Below, piece by piece: positions 56,325-63,153 of a stretch of DNA of 64,000 bases. The stretch is from the NCBI GenBank assembly GCA_025057415.1, contig JANWXI010000002.1, positions 3,497 through 67,496 of the forward strand. The letters run 5' to 3'. Below the pieces are notes generated by a model. It made no database searches. It saw only the letters and a program-made list of their open reading frames with translations, and had not been told where the DNA came from. The DNA is from Chitinophagales bacterium. Its GTDB lineage: Bacteria; Bacteroidota; Bacteroidia; Chitinophagales; LD1. Positions within the stretch are counted from its first letter, which is position 1; each line of letters starts with the position of its first letter. The position numbers and the translations under genes are program-made.

Positions 56325-57172
56325 AAAACAGGGTGCAATTCACTTTTGTGCACTTCCTTTTCTAACCATTGTATAATTTGCTGTTGTGTCAGCAGCGGAG
56401 GCGAGTAAGAGAACTTTTTGTATATGGGGAAACGGTGATCCTGATTACCCCATGCGTTTTCAAAAAAGAAAGTATAGGGAACTTCATATACCGTTACCAT
56501 GTTATCCGAAGGGCTATGGTAGTAGTAATACAGTTTCGCTTCCGGGTGTAACAATCCAAAATGTACTACGGGTCTGGGGTGTTTTGACCGGTTATCAGGA
56601 GAACCATGTAGTACTTTGTCGCCATAAACCACTAAATCCCCTGCTTTGGCATCTATAACATCGCAATATTTCAGTAGCATCGGCTCATATTCCAGATATG
56701 GCCAAACAGTATTGTGGGGCAACGGGTAATCAAAAAACTTATGACTTTTTCTTAAAACGTAAAGTTGCCCGTTTTCAGGTGTAGTATCAACTATCGGTAA
56801 CCAGATGTTTTGATAGGAAAACTCCGGTTCATCTTGCACACTGAAATCGCGGTGTAAGGTCACAGTGCTTTTTTCATTTGGGTTTTTGACTAGAAAAGTC
56901 GCAGCAGGGCACACATAGTTGGTAATATGCTCATCTAAGCGGGGCTTAACGATTTTAAGTATCTGGTCGCTGAGGTTAGCTGAAACATCATGGGGGATGT
57001 CGCATAAACTGTTCCACATGGTGGACGGCCAACCCTCACGAGGGTAATGTTGCTCAAATAACAAGCGAAGTTGCGTGATTTCGTCCCTGTTGAGCACGTT
57101 GCGGAGTAATACATATCCGTTTTCTTCATAACTTTCCTGTACGGCGGGGTCAATAAAGCGGGCAGTTTTCAT
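56321..57172 (-). CDS. PhyH-family Fe(II)/2OG dioxygenase
   Basis: HxD in TLHRDFSVQDE and distal His in DKVLHGSPDN. Confidence 0.75.
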   Translation of the reverse strand: MKTARFIDPAVQESYEENGYVLLRNVLNRDEITQLRLLFEQHYPREGWPSTMWNSLCDIPHDVSANLSDQILKIVKPRLDEHITNYVCPAATFLVKNPNEKSTVTLHRDFSVQDEPEFSYQNIWLPIVDTTPENGQLYVLRKSHKFFDYPLPHNTVWPYLEYEPMLLKYCDVIDAKAGDLVVYGDKVLHGSPDNRSKHPRPVVHFGLLHPEAKLYYYYHSPSDNMVTVYEVPYTFFFENAWGNQDHRFPIYKKFSYSPPLLTQQQIIQWLEKEVHKSELHPVL

Positions 57173-57267
57173 ATATTCATATTTTTATCAATGTAATTTT
57201 ACGATAAAATTATCGCTACCGCTAATATAGCAATTTGATTTTTATTTTTCTATTTGCATTAGATGAT

Positions 57268-58287
57268 ATGCGTCATTCCATTAATATGCACGTATGTTTG
57301 GCCGGTTACGGTTACTGGGGGAAAAACCTCCTCCGCAACCTCATTGAAACCCTTAGCGCTGACCGTATCAGTGTTGCAGAAATTATGCCCGAAAAGCGCG
57401 CTCAACTTAAACGACAATACCCTAATATTACCTGTTACGACTCTTTTGAAGATGCATTAGCTCAAAACCACAGCGCTGCCTTTGTAATCGCAACCGAAAC
57501 ACGCTACCATTATGACCATGCCCGCAAAGCGCTCCTCGCCGGCAAACACGTACTGGTAGAAAAACCCCTTACTACTTCCGTGGCGCAGGCAAAAGAGCTG
57601 TGCCGCATTGCAAAAGAGCGTGGGCTTATCTTAATGGTTGACCACATTTTCCGTTATCATCCGGTAGTGTGGAAAATGAAGGAATACTTCCGGGAAGATT
57701 ATCTCGGCCCCATTCATTATATGGATGCCACACGGGTAAACCTGGGTATTTATCAGGAAGATGTCAACGTACTTTGGGATCTTGCCTGTCACGACCTGAG
57801 TATTATCCAGTTTTTAGTTAATGAAAAACCTACATCGGTGAGAGCCATCGGCCGCATCAACCCTGAGCACGGCTCTGAAGACGTTGCTTACCTGTTTCTT
57901 TATTATCCATCCGGCATGCTGGTACAAATAAATTCTTCCTGGGCAAGTCCGGTAAAAATCCGCAAGATGATAGTGGGCGGTGAAAAACGCATGATGATTT
58001 ATGACGATATAGAGCCCACCAACAAACTCACCATTTATGAGTACGAGCCAAACATCCAACGCGATGAAAACAAAACCAAACTTACGGACTATCGCCTCGG
58101 AAATATCATTATCCCGAAAATTGAGCAGGGCGAAGCTCTGCGAAATGTAATCGTTGAGTTTTTGGAGTGTATTCAATGTGCGAAACAACCCGCTTCAGAC
58201 GGTTACAACGCCCTGGAAATCATCAATATTTTAGAAAAAGCACAACAATCTTTATCATTGGACGGAGCTATTGTCCCTTTACCTTGA
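57268..58287 (+). CDS. Gfo/Idh/MocA-family NAD(P)-dependent sugar oxidoreductase
   Basis: Rossmann N-terminus HVCLAGYGYWGKNLLRNL, plus the HVLVEKPL and FRYHP blocks typical of the family. Start uncertain: ATG 57268 or 57286 rather than the listed TTG 57235. Confidence 0.8.
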   Translation: MRHSINMHVCLAGYGYWGKNLLRNLIETLSADRISVAEIMPEKRAQLKRQYPNITCYDSFEDALAQNHSAAFVIATETRYHYDHARKALLAGKHVLVEKPLTTSVAQAKELCRIAKERGLILMVDHIFRYHPVVWKMKEYFREDYLGPIHYMDATRVNLGIYQEDVNVLWDLACHDLSIIQFLVNEKPTSVRAIGRINPEHGSEDVAYLFLYYPSGMLVQINSSWASPVKIRKMIVGGEKRMMIYDDIEPTNKLTIYEYEPNIQRDENKTKLTDYRLGNIIIPKIEQGEALRNVIVEFLECIQCAKQPASDGYNALEIINILEKAQQSLSLDGAIVPLP

Positions 58288-58979
58288 ACTACTCGTTTAT
58301 TATCTTTTGTTACAATGAAGAACACAACCTTATCCGTGTATATGAGCGGTTGAAAGCATTTTGCTCTCGTAGTCATTCAGAGCACGAAATCATTATTGTG
58401 GATGACGGTAGCACGGATGGTACTCCGGACATATGTAAAAAGTTAAAAGAAGAAAACCCGGGTATAATAGTGATTACTCATGCCGTTAATGCTGGTATAG
58501 GATTGGCATTGCGGAGTGGTTACGAAGCTGCTACACGCGAATACGTATGCGCCATTCCGGGCGATGGACAATTCGATATTGAGGAGTTGAATGCCGTACG
58601 TCCCTTTACAAAAGAAACATTCTACTCCTTCTACCGCCCGCAAACTAATTACAACTCATATCGCAAACTACTCACCTGGTTGAATCGTCTTTTTAATCAA
58701 CATATTCTTGGGCTTTACCTTCGCGATGTGAACTGGGTAAAAGTTTACCGCCGCGAGCATTTGATGATAACAGCGCCTGTGTTAAGAAGTTCTCTGATTG
58801 AAAGTGAAATATGTGCCAAGCTAAATCGAATGGGCATCATGCCCATAGAAATTCCATCGGTATATCATCCCCGCCAATCCGGCAAAGCAAAAGGGGGCAG
58901 CTGGAATACGCTTCGCAAAGCCCTTGCCGAAACGCTCAAATTATGGTGGTTAGTAGTTACATTTAAACCCCGAAAATGA
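58284..58979 (+). CDS. Family 2 glycosyltransferase (polyprenyl-phosphate sugar synthase-like)
   Basis: YSFIIFCYNEEHNL...IIIVDDGSTDGT...IPGDGQFD. The start is proposed at TTG 58284, which overlaps the upstream TGA (TTGA). The listed upstream 39 codons overlap the oxidoreductase gene. Confidence 0.75.
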   Translation: MNYSFIIFCYNEEHNLIRVYERLKAFCSRSHSEHEIIIVDDGSTDGTPDICKKLKEENPGIIVITHAVNAGIGLALRSGYEAATREYVCAIPGDGQFDIEELNAVRPFTKETFYSFYRPQTNYNSYRKLLTWLNRLFNQHILGLYLRDVNWVKVYRREHLMITAPVLRSSLIESEICAKLNRMGIMPIEIPSVYHPRQSGKAKGGSWNTLRKALAETLKLWWLVVTFKPRK

Positions 58980-59803
58980 AACTCGCCCTCGCCCAACTCC
59001 TTGTGGAAGGAACTGAGCCCGAGCGCAACTTTGAGCGTGCCGAAAAGCTTATCGCCCGCGCAGCTTCTGCCGCCTGCCAGCTCACCCTGCTGCCCGAAAC
59101 AATCGACTTCGCCTGGACACACCCCGATGGCATCCGCCACGCAAAACCCATCCCCGGTGAATACAGCGACCACTTTTGTCTGTTGGCAAAAAAATATAAT
59201 ATGTGGATTTGCGTGGGGTTGACTGAAAAAACTTCGCATGGCAACTACAATACAGCCGTATTAATTGACAACAACGGCAACCTTGTCGGTCTGCACCGAA
59301 AAATCAATCTCCTTACGGTAGAGTTTCCGTACTACCTCGTGGGCCAGAAGTTAGAGGTTTACGATACTCCATTTGGGAAAATAGGCATGAATATTTGTGC
59401 CGATAATTATCTGGATGCCTTAGATATAGGCCATGTGCTTGCGCGCATGGGCGCGCAGCTCATCCTCTCTCCGTCTTCATGGACAGTCAACCACTCGGTA
59501 ACTGAAGCTGAAGACCCCTATCGCGATAAATGGATAAAACCCTTCAGCGTGCTCGCCAGGGCACACGGGCTGGTGATAGCCAGCGCCACGAGCGTGGGAT
59601 ACATCGTGGGCGGCCCGTACGAAGGAAAGAAAATGGTGGGTTGTTCCCTGTGTGTAGGCCCGCAAGGGATAATCGCACAAGGCATGTTCAACGAGTTTGC
59701 CGGTGATTTAGCCATTGCCGAATTCGACATGCCACAGCGCCCGCTCAAAGGCACCCAAATCGGTGAAGCATTGCGCAGTCAGGGCTTTAAGTTCTATAAT
59801 TGA
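58976..59803 (+). CDS. Carbon-nitrogen hydrolase (nitrilase superfamily)
   Basis: Glu-Lys-Cys triad contexts: LTLLPET, GLHRKINL and GMNICADN. Confidence 0.8.
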   Translation: MKLALAQLLVEGTEPERNFERAEKLIARAASAACQLTLLPETIDFAWTHPDGIRHAKPIPGEYSDHFCLLAKKYNMWICVGLTEKTSHGNYNTAVLIDNNGNLVGLHRKINLLTVEFPYYLVGQKLEVYDTPFGKIGMNICADNYLDALDIGHVLARMGAQLILSPSSWTVNHSVTEAEDPYRDKWIKPFSVLARAHGLVIASATSVGYIVGGPYEGKKMVGCSLCVGPQGIIAQGMFNEFAGDLAIAEFDMPQRPLKGTQIGEALRSQGFKFYN

Positions 59804-59806
59804 CGC

Positions 59807-61003
59807 ATGAGTGAGGGGGTTATTGTTAATGGCATACTTAAGAAAATCCCGTACCGGCGCTGTGTGCGCTGCATCAGCGACACTACTTGTCCCGGCATCA
59901 CCTTCGATAATAACGGAGTGTGCAACTTTTGCCACCTGCACGACAAGTGGTGTCGCATGTATCCGAATGACGAGCGCGGGCAGCAAATCTGGAACAACAC
60001 GCTAAAGAAAATTAAGCGCGATGGGCGTGGCAAAAAATACGATTGCATCGTGGGCATCAGCGGGGGCCGCGATAGTTCGTATGTGCTTCACCTTGCGGTT
60101 ACCAAATACCAACTGCGCCCCCTGGCTGTTCACTTCAACGATGGCTTCGACAACCCCGTGGCGGGCGAAAATATGGTAAACATCACCCGCAAACTGGGCG
60201 TGGACCTGCGCACCATCACCAGCGACTGGCGCGAAGCCAAAGACCTGAAAATCTCTTTCCTGAAAGCGAGCGTGCCCGACCTTAACCAGGGCACCGATGT
60301 AGGCATTGCAGCCGCCTGTTACGGAGTGGCATGCAAAGAAGGTTTAAAACACATCATCTACGGGCAATCGTTCCGCACCGAAGGTATAAAACCCATAAGC
60401 TGGGCGTATATGGTGGGCGATTACCTCAACGATGTGCAAAATAAATTCGGAACCGTAAAGCTGCGCCCCTGGAAGCCCGAAGACCCCAACTATCATTTCG
60501 GGTGGAAACAACTCTTCTATTACAGTTTCATAAAAGGCATTCGCGCATACTCTCCGTTGTATTACGAGAAATACATCCGCCGCGAGGCAGAAGAAATTTT
60601 AAAGCGCGAGTACAATTGGGTGTATCCGGGTGCGCATTACTACGATGATTTATACTGGTCGCTGATTACCTATGTTCACCGCGTAAAATTCAACATTGAC
60701 TTTCGCCTCAACGCATACAGCGCTCTTATTCGCGATGGACAAATGGACCGCGACTGGGCGCTGGAGGCCGTCAAAAAACCCTATGTGATGGAAGACCCGC
60801 GCATCATAGACCTTTGCCTGAAACGCCTTGCCGTTTCGCGCGAGGATTTTGAAGCATGGCTGCGCCTGCCCCCTAAAACCTTCCGCGATTACAACACCGG
60901 CTATTCACTGATGTGGCGCCTGCGCCCGCTCATCAAGCTCATCAGCAAGCTGGGCTTTTTCCCCGAAATTGTTTACGACAAATACTTTTTGTGTGGCGAA
61001 TGA
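59807..61003 (+). CDS. N-acetyl-sugar amidotransferase (WbpG-like PP-loop ATPase)
   Basis: N-terminal Cys pairs CVRCISDTT...GVCNFCHLHD. PP-loop CIVGISGGRDSSY. The overall length is typical of the LPS-biosynthesis WbpG family as I recall it. Confidence 0.75.
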   Translation: MSEGVIVNGILKKIPYRRCVRCISDTTCPGITFDNNGVCNFCHLHDKWCRMYPNDERGQQIWNNTLKKIKRDGRGKKYDCIVGISGGRDSSYVLHLAVTKYQLRPLAVHFNDGFDNPVAGENMVNITRKLGVDLRTITSDWREAKDLKISFLKASVPDLNQGTDVGIAAACYGVACKEGLKHIIYGQSFRTEGIKPISWAYMVGDYLNDVQNKFGTVKLRPWKPEDPNYHFGWKQLFYYSFIKGIRAYSPLYYEKYIRREAEEILKREYNWVYPGAHYYDDLYWSLITYVHRVKFNIDFRLNAYSALIRDGQMDRDWALEAVKKPYVMEDPRIIDLCLKRLAVSREDFEAWLRLPPKTFRDYNTGYSLMWRLRPLIKLISKLGFFPEIVYDKYFLCGE

Positions 61004-62630
61004 AAAATACATCTTAGGCATCAACGGAGGCGTGCGCCCCGGTTATCAGGACGTATCGGCTGTGCTCTTGCGCGGCGGCAGCATCGTAGCCGCTGTGGAG
61101 GAAGAGCGCCTCAACCGCATCAAGCACGCCCCGGGCCAATTGCCCATACTCGCTGTAAAAGAAGTGTTACGCATTGCGGGCATACATATCACCGATGTTT
61201 CTACACTCGCATTTCACGGCAGCACCTGGCAGCCGGCTATTGAAGACATATTAAAAAATCATTTCACAAGTTATTTCGGCCATTGTCCCCCCATCCGGCG
61301 CTTTCATCATCACGATTGCCACGCGGCATCGGCTTACTACGCCTCGGGTTTTGACGAAGCCCTCATCCTCACCGTTGACGGCTCCGGTGACGGCATCAGT
61401 ACCCAGGTAGCTGTTGGCAGGCACGGTACGCTGCAAGTGCTCGAACGCTACGCCCGCCCGCAGAGTTTGGGTTTGTTTTATTCTATGATAACACAGATCT
61501 GCGGCTTCACACGTGATATGGACGAGTACAAACTCATGGGCTTAGCCGCCTTTGGTAAACCAACTCCCGAACGGCTGGAGGCGCTGCTGCAAATCACCGA
61601 TAGCGGCTATCGCCTCAACGAAGCATACCTCGTACCTATCCTTCCCGGCCAACCCGGTCCCTCGCGCTACGAAATGCTCTACACTGAAAAATTGCTCCAA
61701 CTCACAGGCACAAAACGCAGAACCGATACACACATCACAGATGAATACAAAAACCTGGCCGCCTCGGCACAATTCTTACTGGAGCAGGCGCTGTGTGCCA
61801 TTGTAAAAAAATATGTGCGCGAAACCGGCATCCGAAAAATCTGTATGGCAGGAGGCGTAGCGCTCAATTGCCTCGCCAACATGAAAATTGAACAACTACA
61901 CGAAGTAGATGAACTGTTCATTCAGCCCGCCGCAAGCGATGCGGGCATATCGCTCGGGGCAGCGTACCTTGCCGCGGCAGAGCAGGGCATCACACAGTTT
62001 GAAAAACAAACCCACGTGTTTTACGGCAGCGAATACAGCGATGATGAAATTGCCCGTGTGCTGCAAAGCTGCGCCTGCAAAGCCCAACGCGAACCCGACA
62101 TCACCGATGCTGCTGCCCGGGCGCTCGCGCAAAAAAAAGTCATCGGATGGTTCCAGGGGCGCATGGAGTTTGGTCCCCGCGCCCTCGGCAACCGCAGCAT
62201 CCTGGCAGACCCGGCAACACCCGACATACAATCTATCGTCAACCAAAAAATCAAATTCCGCGAGAGCTTCCGCCCCTTTGGCGCAAGCGTCCTGCAGGAC
62301 GACTTCCACCGCTACTTCATCGCCAGATGCACCGAAGCGCCATACATGACAAAAGTTTTTCATGTAAAAGAACCATACCGCGCGCTCCTGCGCGGCGTGA
62401 CCCATGCCGATGGCACCTGCCGCGTCCAAACCGTCACCGACAGCCAAAATCCCCTCTACGCCCGCCTGCTGCGCGCCTTCAAATCCCTCACCGGCCACAG
62501 CGTACTCCTCAACACCAGCTACAACCTCAGCCACGAACCCATCGTCTGCACCCCGCGCCACGCCATCGCATCCTTCTGCGCCAGCGGCTTAGACGAACTC
62601 TTCCTTGGCACATACCGCCTCACAAAATAA
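60993..62630 (+). CDS. NodU/CmcH-family carbamoyltransferase
   Basis: ILGINGG...DVSAVLL...VAAVEEERLNRIKH N-terminus, HHHDCHAASAYY, and C-terminal MEFGPRALGNRSILADP and NTSYNL blocks. Start is either GTG 60993 or TTG 60969. Confidence 0.85.
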   Translation: MANEKYILGINGGVRPGYQDVSAVLLRGGSIVAAVEEERLNRIKHAPGQLPILAVKEVLRIAGIHITDVSTLAFHGSTWQPAIEDILKNHFTSYFGHCPPIRRFHHHDCHAASAYYASGFDEALILTVDGSGDGISTQVAVGRHGTLQVLERYARPQSLGLFYSMITQICGFTRDMDEYKLMGLAAFGKPTPERLEALLQITDSGYRLNEAYLVPILPGQPGPSRYEMLYTEKLLQLTGTKRRTDTHITDEYKNLAASAQFLLEQALCAIVKKYVRETGIRKICMAGGVALNCLANMKIEQLHEVDELFIQPAASDAGISLGAAYLAAAEQGITQFEKQTHVFYGSEYSDDEIARVLQSCACKAQREPDITDAAARALAQKKVIGWFQGRMEFGPRALGNRSILADPATPDIQSIVNQKIKFRESFRPFGASVLQDDFHRYFIARCTEAPYMTKVFHVKEPYRALLRGVTHADGTCRVQTVTDSQNPLYARLLRAFKSLTGHSVLLNTSYNLSHEPIVCTPRHAIASFCASGLDELFLGTYRLTK

Positions 62631-62714
62631 CCCCGCCCTAACCCCATAGCGCGCCCGCAGCGCACCATCATCCCTCGCTAAGCTCTCAGCTCTTCCTCTT
62701 TTCATTTTTATTAT

Positions 62715-62868
62715 GGGGTGCCCCCGCTGCCAAGCGATGCAAGGCAGCGGGGTCGGGCTGGCTACGGGGTGCGCTGTCGCTCCCGCCCCGCCCGCAATTG
62801 GTTTGTTTTTTCAGCGGTACGGGCGGGGCCGCTTCGCTGCGCTCGCGCCCTGCGCATCCCTCACCCGG
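62715..62868 (-). repeat. GC-rich double-hairpin intergenic repeat, copy 3 (inverted)
   Basis: Its reverse complement aligns with 11870-12021 over its full length. Central stem GCCCCGCCCG / CGGGCGGGGC and terminal stem CCCCGCTGCC / GGCAGCGGGG. It sits at the junction between the GC-rich end of the cluster and the AT-rich RT segment. Confidence 0.85.
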
Positions 62869-62968
62869 GTATCAGCAAGCGACCAGACATCCAGAATTGC
62901 GGCTCTTATCCGCCCGACCCATTATTTTAGGATTTAGTTACGCATCCATCTAGATACTAAAATGTAAG

Positions 62969-62976
62969 TATGTTTG
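62969..62976 (+). promoter_or_regulatory. Candidate Bacteroidota -7 promoter element (TAnnTTTG) upstream of the RT gene
   Basis: TATGTTTG lies 178 nt upstream of the RT ATG, which implies a long untranslated leader. Confidence 0.3.
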
Positions 62977-63153
62977 GGTTTACAAGATATGAGTAAAATC
63001 TTCCTTAATTGCTATATGTATGTATAAAGGCGGTTTATAGGGTTTTTCTGGAGTTTTTACGCAACTAAGGTTGATGATTTATGGTTATTGCCTAGATTTG
63101 GGTGTTATAGGCAAGCTTAAAAGACTACATCCGATAACATTTAACAATAACGA

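Noticed and set aside
58976-59803. Nitrilase gene as part of a DRT1-like (RT plus nitrilase) defence system with the RT at 63154
   Set aside because: The nitrilase is 3.3 kb away and separated by two biosynthetic genes and the repeat. It lies in the GC-rich block and sits 3 nt from the WbpG-like gene. In DRT1 the nitrilase domain is fused to the RT.
18878-62630. RiPP (ribosomal peptide) cluster hypothesis, prompted by B12-rSAM, SPASM and Asp-hydroxylase genes (polytheonamide-like logic)
   Set aside because: Intergenic gaps are nearly all under 100 bp. The only long gap (41.1-41.56 kb) is filled by the repeat. No small precursor-like ORF, leader peptidase, RiPP recognition element or LanB/C or YcaO-type enzyme was seen. 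This is not fully excluded, because a precursor could be encoded elsewhere.
61896-62641. 221-aa antisense ORF (61896..62561 -) and 164-aa Pro/Arg-rich ORF (62147..62641 +) inside the carbamoyltransferase gene
   Set aside because: They are shadow ORFs typical of GC-rich coding DNA. The carbamoyltransferase frame carries clear family motifs, whereas these have low-complexity composition.
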